From Chrysomallon squamiferum (Eukaryota; Animalia; Mollusca), in the NCBI GenBank assembly GCA_012295275.1, contig CM022673.1:28706001-28770000 (forward strand): DNA of 64,000 bases. The letters are read 5' to 3'. The notes beneath the pieces are model-generated. The model ran no database searches and had not been told where the DNA came from. It was given only the letters and a program-made list of their open reading frames with translations. Made by a program: the position numbers and the translations under genes. Below, piece after piece: positions 14,189-27,279 of this stretch; positions within the stretch are counted from its first letter, which is position 1; each line of letters opens with the position of its first letter.

Positions 14189-15695
14189 TTGTTTCAGGTC
14201 TCGTTGTAGCTGTGATAGATCATGAACATGTTAAGTTACGTCTTCTGTACAGCAGAAAGAAAAAACTTGACAAAACTGTCGACCATCTTAGGACTGAAGT
14301 CGATGAGCTGAAGGTTTGTACCCTGATACTGTTTTAACGTGTACCCGTTGTGGTACGTTGTTGTATCAACCTCTATATATTTCTTATACCGCCACGTATT
14401 TCATTATTTAATTTGTTTGTTTGTTTGTTTGTTTTTGTTTTTTTCCGAATGACCAGTGTTTGTTAACAATAAAATATAAGTATAAAATTAAAAACAAATT
14501 GGTGAATGCATACAAGTTGATATTATTATTTTTTTTTATTTTTTTTTATTTTTTTTTTAATTTTAATATGTGGAAAGTAGAAAGTTGTTTTATGGTTTTG
14601 TTTGTGCTGGTCACCAGGTTTTTGCTAATAATGAAATATGGCGGATAGTAGTCGACGTTTTTTTCGCTTTTCTCTATGAATGGCGACCAAATCTTTGCTG
14701 ATGATAAAGAAAACAAGAAACCAAAATGTCAGGGAGTATTTGTGAGGCTGACATTTCGCTATATTCCTTCACAAAAATGTCAAAAGTAACCAAAAGAAAT
14801 TGGATTTGCATTGATAAGCTGTTGCCAAGTGCTTTGTGCTCAGTCAGCAGTTTGTTCGGTGCATTTCGGTACAAAAACTGACGTCACAATAAAAAAAAAA
14901 AAAGATGTCTGCCTCATTGTATGCTCAAGACCTTTTATTTTTTTTTTATTTTATTTTTTTTTATGCTCAATATTTTTTTATTTTTTATATTTTATTGATT
15001 TTTTTTTATTATTATTAATATTTATTGATTTTTTTTTTTAGTTATTTTTTGTTTCATTCTTTGCAAAGAGCTAAGAAGAAAAATAAACACCAATTCCGCG
15101 TATGTTTCTTCAAAATGCAATCATTCTGTTAAATAAAGATGCTCGCTGGTACAAAATGTCTGCGACAGTGGTAAGTATGCATCATTTGCATTTAAGACAA
15201 ATAATCCTAATTAATTAAATTTGTTTCTTTTCATTTTTTTTTTTTTTTTTTTTTTTGATAACATATTCTAGGGTTTATTGCAAGATGTAAGGTCTTTCTG
15301 TGTGAAGGAAGGTTTAGAAGAATGGAAACTGAACAATATATTAGGTAAGTTGATTGTATCCGAAATATAATTTGTTTTCTTCGGGTGGTTTTGTTTAATG
15401 TTTAAGCTGACGTGTTTCTGTTACAAGTATATTAACATACTTATGTCGAATTCAAAAAGAGATAAATTTCAGGACATTTATAAATCTGATGAAATTTAAC
15501 GTGCAACTAGTATGTAGAGTTTCTTTCACTGTTGTGTCCATTTATGTCTCGTTAATGTCTGTGGAAGTTTTATTGTGATAGATCTAAACTTCTCAGAGTT
15601 GTTTGGTTTTAATTAGTTATATTCAAATACACGTCCAAATTTTGCGTAATCCGTATATAGTAACAGAACGCAATTATCATGAAGTTCATTTTTGC

Positions 15696-15728
<33 letters not shown>

Positions 15729-15857
15729 CGAATAATATAATATTAATAATTATAACCTTCTGGATGTCAAAACAAAGTATCGATTGGTTCAACTGATTTT
15801 TAAAAAAAGAAGTTATTATTATTTTTTTTTTTTTTTTTTTTTAATTCTAGAAGGACA

Positions 15858-15912
<55 letters not shown>

Positions 15913-17630
15913 TTTATAGTAAGTAAGCGTTACAGAAATACTACATTTATCATCCTAACTGTTCACACAAAAAAAAAAAAAAAAAAAATTATATTTCTAA
16001 AATAATAAGATATTTTATTTCCAATTGCAATTCCTTTTATTTTCCAAAGAGTACTTTAACTGCAAAACATCCTTGTAATTAATTTATATAAACTTAAAAA
16101 AACTACGAGGACAGTAATATCTTCGTATCAGAATCATTTACAAATAATTGAAATTTTTGAATTATGAAGAGGTAGTACTAAAATTGATGTGTGTGCAGTA
16201 TTTTAATGCTATGTGATAATAATGATAAATGTTTGTGCAATGGAAAAAAAAAATGTTCATGTTTGCTTGTAATGCACAGCTGGCGCAATTGCAGCGGGGC
16301 TGATAAAGATCAATCCTGGAAGTAAGTTTGTATTTACGGGCATGTTTTTCTTTTTCTCTTCACTCGTGTACGGAGCACCACGAGGGACAAATTTACGAGC
16401 GTAATTTATATTAATTTCAGTCGGTTACTTCTGTTATGTTTTCACGGCGTTTAAAAACACGAACTAATTTATTACTGTTATGTCAAGAACTTCTGATAGT
16501 TTTATTTATTGATAAATGTATATTTATGTTAATATCTTTTCGATTTTTTTTTTTTTTATTTAATATGATTAATATTTTTGTTAAATTGAAACGTTAATCA
16601 TTATATTAATCTTATCCTTTTTTTATTCATTTACATTTTGTTTATATATCTGTCTCTTTGAATGAATGTAGTTGTTTCATAATTTCACTGAATAACAACC
16701 GAATCAATAAGTCAATAATTACGTTGACGACAAGCTCGTAAAAGTGTCCCTTATGGGTTTCCATACGTAAGCCACTAGTTTTTGATTAGCTTAGATTACT
16801 TTAGTTACATAAGCAAACTGATTCACCTTTAGCAGAGAAAGACACTTTGGTATGGGTTTTTTAATCTTAGACAATTGTAGTTAGGAAACATTCTAGGTTT
16901 AGTCAAATCAAATAAAATTTGTATTTTTATTATCCTTTTTTTTTTTTTTTTTTCCCCGTTATTATTCCTTAAAGCATTGGTAGCGTCAAATTTCACCAAA
17001 ACACAATTTTTTTTACATCAGTTTGTCTGTTTGCAGCAATGCCTTTTTGCTTATTTTTTCTTCTTACGTGTTTCTTTATCTTTCTTTAATTCTAAATAAA
17101 AATTTGTTTAAAGAATTAAATTATATTTAGCACTCCTTTCCTGCTGGCTCTATTTGAATCAAACACATTTCAGCTGATTTCAAACTGTCGATTTACTATC
17201 ATACCTTTACGTCACTTATATAATCCAGATTTTATAACAAACTAGGTTATAAAGAGGTTCTAACATTGTAAATTATTTAGTAAATTTTTGAATTGCTTCT
17301 AATGTAGCTGTAATTTTCTAAAGTGTACCGACATCCTTTGCGCACAAAAACAGCTTCCTGCAAGCCATGCGTAAGAAGTTCCGGGAAAATGTCTAAATTA
17401 TCTTCATTACAACGTGGAGAAAAGGAAATAATTAATTTTTTTTCTTCTTTCTTTTCTTTTCTTTTCGATTTTTTTTTTATTTTTTTTTTATTTTTTTATT
17501 TTTTATCGTCTCTTTTTTTTAGTCTGTTAATGTCACAAGAAAAGAAATGTAAAGCAAATGTTTGGCAACTGCATAAAATCAGCAAATGACATTCTAATTT
17601 GTTTTTTGATAGGTTTTTCGTTTTCTTCCT

Positions 17631-17666
<36 letters not shown>

Positions 17667-18355
17667 AATGAGCATGCAGTCAACCTTTATAATTCCACTA
17701 TTTTTGAAAAGTTAGTTAGTCGTATTTCAATTATATTCAGTAACATTTTCAAACAATTAAACACCCTCTCTTAATGATGATAATGATGATGATGATGATG
17801 ATGATAAATTTTCTGAGACATCTTAATTCAAGTATGTTCTTTACTTTGTCCTGTTACAACCTACTCGTGCACTGGTAATAACTTATTTACAAAAAGAGAC
17901 TGTATTTTCTGAGCATTTGTTTGTTTTTCCACCAGAAATATATTTTAATAATGAAATAATAAATATCTATAACCATGTACCCGCTGCATTGTTCTCTATA
18001 ATGTGTGCATTCAAATTCTTATTTTATTCAACTTTTTATCTATACTGCTATGTTCTACACAAATAACGAATTATGAAAATAATGCATTCTGAATGTTTGT
18101 GTTTATTTGTCATCGTTTTCTATTCTTTCCCCCATATATGTATATGTTTTTACTGAGTGTTATTTTTTTTAAATAATTTCTTTGCTCTGAATTATATGTT
18201 TCTGTTCAAATATTCTAGATATGTTTTAACAACAACTAACAGTTAAAACAGTACAAATGTTTATAGATATAATGAACCCAGATAGTGCATAACAAAAACT
18301 GATTAATCTTGAATATTTCAAATCTTTAAAATTGTTTTTATTATTATTATTATTA

Positions 18356-18419
<64 letters not shown>

Positions 18420-19270
18420 TTGTTTCTACTTTTCTGGCCTTGCTGTTCACAATCTCTTTCATGTTTGTTTTCGCTTTATCTTGCTCCACATTTTGCGAAT
18501 GTTGTTTGTCTTTGTTTCAAATAACTATTAATTGTTATTTGCTCTTTTCTAGAGTTATCTGATCTTTCATACAAACATATATAAAAGTGTTATGCCATTA
18601 TTATGCGGCACGAAGTGAAATCTAACATTTAATGTTGTGAATAACTATATTGCATAATATTTATATGCCTGCAATTAATTTTTTTCTTCTTGTTAATTAA
18701 TAATACATATATGCTTCTCTCGTAATCATAAACTACAACAATAAAAGCATTTTAAAACGTTTTCTAACAGTACTTTTAAATTACAGTGTCTCTTGAATTT
18801 CAGGTACAAATTTATGTTTTCTTCTATTTTTTTTTTTTTTTTTTTTTTTTGGCGTTTTCATAGCTTTATTTATTATAAAACAGGGCATTAATAATGATTT
18901 AAATATAGCTATATTTTTTTATTATTTAATGTTATTGGCTAAGGTTTCTAAATTTTGCATTTATTGAGCATTAAATATTCATTTAAAAGTCATCGTGTTA
19001 AAAATAAAAAAATAAAAAATAAATAAATAAAGCTTCGGAATTTACACCTATCTATAGCTTTTCTTTATATCATTCTACTTCTGGATACAACAATGTTGCT
19101 GTTTTTTAATTTTTTAATTTTTATTTATTTATTTATTTATTATTATTTTTTTTTTATTATTAGAGCTCGAAATTTTTATTTTTTTCTTTATGTGTGAAAG
19201 AGACAGTGGGACAACAGATTTTGTTTCTTTGTGTTCGACCTTTTTAATATCCTTCTCTTTTAAGGAGTTA

Positions 19271-19345
<75 letters not shown>

Positions 19346-20340
19346 TATTATTGAAAGATTCTAACTGATTCAGGTGTATTCTTAAAATAACATGTTTGGT
19401 TGTTACACAGAACTGACGTCACTGATATTAAACTGGGAGTTATTATTTTCTAGGACGATACGCACCTCGCAGAAGGAAGGATTCCAAGTTTTACACGTTG
19501 GTTAAACTGGTGATGAGCACAGCGTCCATACAGGACGACAAGGATTCCATCAGTTCGTCTTCCATGGAGAACGACATCAGCAACTTTGCCAAGCGCGAGA
19601 GCATCCTCAACGACGGTGGCAGCACCAGTAACACCATATCGAGTTTCAACTTCCTGTCCGTGCCCGGAAGTGACAGGTGGCGTTACTCTGACAATGACCT
19701 CAGCAGCCGTGACATATCGAGACAGAGTTCGTTCAACGACATTTCCTCCGAAGTTAATTTCAGGAAGTCGTGCTTGAAGAACGACGATTTGTCACGACAG
19801 AGCTCGTATAACGACATCAGTTCTGTGGTCGGCTTCGGTGGCGCGATCATAAAACGCGATGAGCTCTCCAGGGGAAGTTCGTTAAACGACATCAACAACG
19901 AGTGCACATGCAATAACTCTAACATCAGACACGACGACATATCACGGGAAAACTCCTGCAATGACGTCAACTCGGCAAGCCACGAGAAGGGACCTTATCT
20001 CAAACCTCCGCCGATTGTGCGTCAGAGTTCTCTGAACGAAACGAGCAGCAAGCGGTCCAGTTTAAAACCCAGTGACAATATAGCCAGGCAGAGTTCTTTC
20101 AACGACATTAGCTACAAGATGTCCAGCCTCAAACCCAACGACCTGTCGAGGCAACATTCTTATAACGACATTGAATCGGAGACCAGAAGCAACAAGTCTT
20201 GTCTCAAATCCGACGGCATCAACCGTCACAGTTCGTTTAACAGCATCAACTCAATTGACTCGTGCCACAAACGATCCCGCGTCAAGAAGTCGCCAAACAG
20301 AGTAAATTTCACTATTCCCAAAATTGAAGTGCACAAATAG
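9383..20340 (+). CDS. HVCN1: Voltage-gated proton channel, molluscan Hv3-type (3' part: S3, S4, coiled coil, long C-tail); S1-S2 exons not found and probably upstream of the window
   Basis: Phase-compatible AG/GT exons: 9383-9518 (VFDAVIIMVSFVVDVVF...LALLLPWRVIRVVN), 14198-14313 (SLVVAVIDHEHVKLRLLYSRKKKLDKTVDHLRTEVDELK), 15272-15344 (GLLQDVRSFCVKEGLEEWKLNNIL), optional 16280-16321, and 19454-20340 (RYAPRRRKDSKFYTLVKLVM...stop). The S3 pattern DAxxxxxSFxxD and the S4 pattern WRxxRxxN are Hv hallmarks. LPWRxxR is the variant described for Aplysia Hv3. The symbol is family-level only. Confidence 0.88.
10950..11425. repeat. Old degenerate ~36-bp minisatellite
   Basis: Recurrent gacgt..taatcagaatg/ttataat pattern; near-exact repeat attaattaaaatattatac.ggtagtaaacacaatgt at ~11306 and ~11380. 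Confidence 0.55.
14198..14313 (+). CDS. HVCN1: Hv3 exon: end of S4 and coiled coil
   Basis: tttcag|GT...AAG|gtttgt; phase 1 to 0, continuing directly from the S4 exon. Confidence 0.85.
15272..15344 (+). CDS. HVCN1: Hv3 exon: coiled-coil continuation
   Basis: ttctag|GGT...TTAG|gtaagt; phase 0 to 1. Confidence 0.8.
19454..20340 (+). CDS. HVCN1: Hv3 terminal exon: Ser-rich tail with repeated RQSS(F/Y)NDI motifs
   Basis: Acceptor ttttctag|GA; ~295 open codons with markedly higher GC than the flanks; phase matches the upstream exon. Confidence 0.85.
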
Positions 20341-21697
20341 CAAACAGCCAGAGAGGTATATTTTTCACATAAATTATTACCGAGAATATGTAATATCTAG
20401 GTTGCAAGAGTAGAGCTTTACTCTGTATTCTATAAAAAAAACCAAAAAAAAACCATAGAGCCATCCTGAATCATTTTAGCATTCCTTAAACTAAATAGTT
20501 ATCAAAAAAAACGGTTTAAAGATGATGATAATCGATAAGAAGAGGTTCTTTCTGCAGCAACAAGGATAACTAATGGGATTCTATATAATGATTTACCAAA
20601 CGTAATATGCAAGATAATGAAGCAGACAATTTTCTAGTATCATTCTGATATATTTCCACTTTGCCAGCATAAATAAAATCGCTTGTCCATCGTGTCGATA
20701 TCTTCTTCTACTTTGTAGGTGCAGCGTCTGCACAAATAAATGGAAATTCAAGCAGTTTTCAATGAATTCTAAATAGTCTAGGAAATCTTTGTCAAAAAAA
20801 ACACGTGAAAGAAATCTCATTCATTTTAATGAATTGTATCAGTATTCTTCGCAGCAATGGCAAGATAACATTTTTAATTTATTAAAATACAAAAGCGATA
20901 ATTTTAAAATATGTAAGCTAAGCGATCATCCATTTAAAATTATTATAATGGCTATCTACGTGTTATCGGGAGTGGGTTTTTTACGTTTATGTTGAACAGG
21001 TTTTATTTAAGTCCCAGATAGTATTGTTGTTAAATAATTCAGCACGATATACCCAGTATATTAAAAGTCGTTTCGTTTGGTTGTCATGGGCAACGTCTTA
21101 AGTTTCACATAACATGTAATGTCTCCGGTGAAAAAAGCCTCGAATGCACTCAGAGAGGGAAAAAATGGAAAAATTTATTTGCTACTGACACTGTTCATAG
21201 AGAGAAAAAATAATGGTGTTTGAAAGAAAGTATGGCTTTGTAAATGTGGATTTACGAGATAGCGTTTTATCACCAGCATCACTGCAATGTTTAGAAAATG
21301 CAAATCTCAGAAGTAAGTACACTTCATATCGTGATATAGAGCTTGGAATAATAAATCTTAGTGAAAAAAACAATGAAAAAAACAAACAAACACTATATTT
21401 AAGTCAAACAGATACGAAAAGATTTAATAGTTGGGGTTTTTTCTTAACATTTTTACTTTTCACGAATATTTTAGTGATAACAAGAGTAATTCTGAGATTT
21501 CGTAAATTGCAAGCGATTACTGACATGAATTAAACTTTCAAAATCAAATGAATTTCATTATAAATTGAAGATTTCTTTTTTTTTTTCTTGATTTTTTTAA
21601 TCCCGTTAATGTAACAAATATTTTTAAAAAATAGCATTAATATAATAGAAGAATAAAATAAAAATAATATGTTATTTGTGCTAAAAATTTAAATAGC

Positions 21698-21755
<58 letters not shown>

Positions 21756-22025
21756 TGACAACTGGCAAATCGCCATTCATGCAGAGTTTTTTTCTTTAAA
21801 GTTTAAAAAAAAAAAAAAAAAAAATTCTCTCTCACAAGGATAATATTACCATTTTCATTTGATATCGCATCCTAAATTAAATAAATAAAATAGCAGGTTT
21901 CATTTTGATATATGTATTATTACTTATCTCATTTTAAAGAGATTATTTCGAAAATCGTGAATATTTATTTTTAACCTTCTTTTTTCATTTTTATTTTGCT
22001 ATCACATATTTATTTAGTTACTTAC

Positions 22026-22056
<31 letters not shown>

Positions 22057-22596
22057 TTATTATTTATTATTATTTTTATTTTTATTTTATTTATTATGAC
22101 TGAGCACCTATAGTTCAATCGTTTAAAAGGGGAGGTAACTACAGATTTAAGGGGAGTTAACAATCAGTTTCTGTCGGACTAAAATTACACATGCAACAAT
22201 AAGAATATTGAACTGATATATCGATCTACAAACATATTTGTTGCAATACGAAAACCGCGATTCTTTAGATAATCACTTCGTGTTTTCTTAGTAAATGCTG
22301 TTCACAGTGATTTGTTTATAAAACCGTTTCAAGTGTTCTAGCACACAAAAAAATGGCGGTCCGAGTTTTAGTATGAAGAAAGAAGGAAAACAAATAAAAA
22401 ATAAAATGTGTATATATGAAAGAATATGAAGTAGACAGTAATGATTCTTTCGACAACAATATACTCCTCTCTAAATCGGCTAAATTATTATTATTATCGT
22501 TGTTATTATTATTATTTATGAATTTATTTATTTATTCATTCATTCATTCATTTATTAATCATTGATTATTCTTCTTCTCCTTATTATTATTATCAC

Positions 22597-22640
<44 letters not shown>

Positions 22641-23708
22641 GGTTTTGACATTTTATAACTAATACACAAATATCCGTGAATTTGAATCATGCCAGTTGAG
22701 CAATATCTGTGAAAACTAATCTGTTTATTATGAAATAATTTTTCGCAATTTCAGGGTTAGCCTTATATTACAGTTATATGAGTCGAGCATTCTTTTCTGT
22801 TCTTGTTTTTTCACCTCGCCAGGAAGTTATGTGTACTCGTTGCATCAGAAGAGATATATTTCGAAGCCGTTATTTCTTCCTCTGTCTACCTGAAACATGA
22901 TATACCTCCAATAAATCTGTAAAAATCTCAAAACTGTTTACTGAATTTCGAAAACAATTAAGAAGATAAATGATGAGTGACTTTTTTCTCTCTTTTTTTT
23001 TAAACAACAAAAAACAATAAAAGGTCTGTATTCAAATCAGGGTTTTTCTCTATATTGTTATTACTGCTTTTATTTTATTTTAAATTTTATTTTTATTTTT
23101 TATTTATTTTTAACACAAAATATGCAAATTAGGCCATGATGCAATACATATTGGTGCAATGGAACTGAGCAAACAGACAATGGCTTCTTTTAAAATGGCT
23201 TTGATGAATCATAATATCATAATTTCACCTTTCTAAAAATGATACGGATAAAAAGTTTATAAATATTTCGAAGTTTCTTAGAAAAGGTGATTGAAAAAAA
23301 ACAACTTTTCTCTATTAACTAGAATATTCTACGGATTGGCAATAGATAACCGTTTCAATAAAATAAAATAAAAAAAATTTTTCCTAGATTTATTTTATTT
23401 TGCGTGTGTGTGTTAAAAATAATTTATTTTATAGTCTGAACGTTATATTCGTAATGAGGATGTTGTACCACGTGACGTGGAGGTTACTTTCATTCGCGTT
23501 AAAGAGAGGGAGATATGTGCATATCATTATGAACGTATGTGTACCCGTTCAACTGATCAAAACCGTTATGTATAAAAATAAAACTCTGTTAACTGTTTAC
23601 ATATTTAGAAGAGCGTACTCTGTGATCAATACAGATTATTAATAATAACACATCGGTCACATTTCTGTTATTGCTCAGTGTTGTTAACCGCACCGAAATG
23701 ATGTTTGC

Positions 23709-23711
<3 letters not shown>

Positions 23712-23766
<55 letters not shown>

Positions 23767-23808
23767 TACTACTACTACTGTTACTACTACTACTACTACT
23801 ACTACTGT

Positions 23809-23841
<33 letters not shown>

Positions 23842-23941
23842 CACTACTATTATTATTATTTTCATTAATATTAATATTATTATTATAACTCTACTACTAC
23901 CTACTATTTTTTTATGATTATTATGATTATTATTATTATTT

Positions 23942-24022
<81 letters not shown>
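23712..24022. repeat. Compound (TAT)n/(TAC)n microsatellite
   Basis: Directly visible. Confidence 0.95.
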
Positions 24023-24023
<1 letters not shown>

Positions 24024-24867
24024 TTTCTTTAAATTAGGATTTTTTTCTTTTGGATATACTTATGAAGTCATTTTCTATGTGAATTTGCTTAAATGCATAT
24101 ACGTAAATTGTTATTTAATGACATTTTATTTTATTTGTTTACATCTTATATATAAACAAATAAACAAACAAATATAGATATATATGTTTCTAAGAGGCAT
24201 ATATTTCTAAGAAAGATGACTGTAGACAAAAAGCTGCTTCCAGAAGATTTAACGCGCCCCCGTAATTTTTTTTTTTTTTTTTTTAACTCCAAACTCCCAA
24301 AATATTGAAACCTGAAATCTAATTATTTATCTGAGACAGTAAAGGGAGATCACCATTGTTTTTAATGCTGTCTTTTCAGACTGCGTGCGTCATAATTGTA
24401 TTAACAGATAAGCCTACTGCTAATTTCGTTTTCCTGCTATCATTTCCAACACAAATTACCCTGATTCTCCTACTAATAGTTTTACTTTTGGATAAATCAG
24501 TCTTTTTTCTCTCTCTCACTCTTTTTTCTCTCTTTTTTTTTGTCCCCCAATCCTTCTTCTTCTTACTCTCGTTACTGCTGTCACGTGATCGCTGAAGACA
24601 AGAGAAAAGAAATAGTTATCTGATGGCGCTGTTTTAAAGAGTTCTGAGCGTAGGATGATTGTGACTCCGATTGCAGAAAGACATTTTTTTATCACAGATA
24701 CAGCGTAATGATTAACAGTGGGCTGGGGGTGGACATAAAACCAGACAGACTGTCCGGGGATAAGTTAGTCGTTCGTTAATGTCTTAAAGATTGCGTTGTT
24801 TTCATTCATTATTTAATTAATTTCTTATTTACTTCTTTTTATTCTTGTTTATACATTTCTTCTTCTT

Positions 24868-24922
<55 letters not shown>

Positions 24923-24972
24923 TTTTTTTTTTTTTGTTTTTTTATATTTATGTTACAAGATTATTATTATTA

Positions 24973-25024
<52 letters not shown>

Positions 25025-25740
25025 CAGTCATCGGTTTCTATTTTGTTAACAAGACTATGCTATGTACATACAGTAAGTAGTATTCTTATCATACACTGAA
25101 CCAATATCAAAATGTGACCGATGATAGCAACAACAAGTTTTTACATTATTAGTTTAATACAATTTTATTATTATATAAACACTTGTATATATATATACAT
25201 ATATACATATACATATATATTTAATAATTGTTACGACTTTGTTACATGCGTAATTTATTTAGTTGTTGCTCTTTTTTTTTTTTTTTTTTTTTAATTTTTT
25301 TTGTTATAGAAATATCCAAGTTTATCACAGAACAAATGTAATGGATTTTGCTGGTTCAACAGACAATTACATTACAGTTAATAAAAAGTACTGTTTGCCA
25401 AAATGTGTTATTTTTTTTTTATATATATATATAAACAGATGGATAAAAAGATAGACAGATGGACAGACAGACAGACAGACAGACTGACAGATAAAGAGAT
25501 ATAGATATAAAAAGAGAGGAAGATAGATAGACAGACACACAGAGAGAAAGAAAAACAGACAAATATTGTTTGTTTTGCTTTATCCAGAGAACAAAATTAT
25601 AAACGTGTGTAAAGTGATCTTAAATCCACGTTTTACTGGGACCTAATAATAATAATAATAATAATAACAAGCCAAACCCCTAAAACGAATGTGGAACGCG
25701 CCTCTTGAAAAAAAGAAAATCAGTTTTATTCGGGCTTTTG

Positions 25741-25773
<33 letters not shown>

Positions 25774-26447
25774 TCATCAAGATAAGAATGGACAAAGTCT
25801 TACTGCAAGATGCAGGAGAAAATCTTGAAAATCTTGATTAATATCTATTATTTAAAATAAAATAAAATAACATATATGTATCGTAGCGGTACGCCACATT
25901 TGATTTACATTCAGTTTATCTCCCTAGTAACGCCGTACGTGAAAAAGAAAAAAAAAAAAGAAGCGAAATGTGTGGCTGAAGAATTCAGCGTTTATCGATC
26001 TGTATCGATCTGATGCGGAATGACTTTGGAACGTATTAATCGTGTAATACAGAGAAAACGTGAATGAATTCGTCCAGTAATGAGTCTTGGCAGACGCCAT
26101 CCTTTCTCAGCGTGGGGAACGAGAAAGAAAAAAAAAAAAAAAAAAAAAAAAAACATTCTACATGAAAGACTGTGCAAATACACTGTTACGCCGACAGCTC
26201 ATGAAACCGCAAGCGAATAATTACAGTCTATCGATTACCACTCGAAAAGAGCTGTTCGTTTCCTTATTTCAAATATTTGTTTTCTTGTATGTTATTTAAA
26301 TAATAAAAAATGTATTGGCACAGCCATTGGGGTGTTGCTGTGACACTTCCACGTTCTTAGTCTACGTGTGTCTGTCTGTGAAGGAATGCAACACGATCAG
26401 TTCTTTACACTGCGAAGTGTAAAGGACCAAGAGACACGCCAGAGAAA

Positions 26448-26486
<39 letters not shown>

Positions 26487-26644
26487 GCCGGTTCGAATAG
26501 GTCACTCTGTATGTTTCGTGTGTGTTGGATTTAAAGAGGTGTTAAAGGTGTTTAGGCTTATTGTTAATGTTTTGCTGTTTTTAAATTTCGTTTATTAATT
26601 TATTTATTTTTGATGTTTCCGGGGTCTGGAATCGTTTTGTAATC

Positions 26645-26693
<49 letters not shown>

Positions 26694-26948
26694 TGTATGT
26701 ATGTATGTATGTATGTATGTATGTATGTGTATGTATGTTGTATGTATGCATGTTTGTATGTATGTATGTATGTATATAAACAATGCAAAAATTTTGGAGA
26801 AACACAACTATAATAAAGATGGTCGTCGACTCTATCGATATTAACTGGCGTCTTAAAACCAGGCAATTTTTCCAAAGTCAACAAATGCATTAGATGATAG
26901 AAAATCAAGATCAAATAAATCCAGCTACACCCATAATGTATAGTAGTA

Positions 26949-26979
<31 letters not shown>

Positions 26980-27211
26980 GGGCACGAGTGCAAATGAAAC
27001 ATAAAATAAACATTTCTAATCATGGAGTGAGAACTGTACATAAATAAAACCCTCAGTTAAAAAGAAAAAGAAAACATAAATACTCATTGTAAATATTGAG
27101 GGCTACAAAAAGAAAACAGGGAAAAAGAGTGAACAGAGACCTAACATGGAAAATAAAATAATTTTAAAGGTCAAATCATAAAATTATTTACGTTAGTTTT
27201 ATTTATTTATT

Positions 27212-27274
<63 letters not shown>

Positions 27275-27279
27275 CAGTT

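Noticed and set aside
17324-17370. Candidate additional Hv3 exon (aag|...|gtaaga)
   Set aside because: 47 nt and not phase-compatible with the flanking phase-1 junctions on its own; weak acceptor
26480-26510. B-box-like GGTTCGAAT next to AAAATGGCG
   Set aside because: No A box or cloverleaf; not a tRNA
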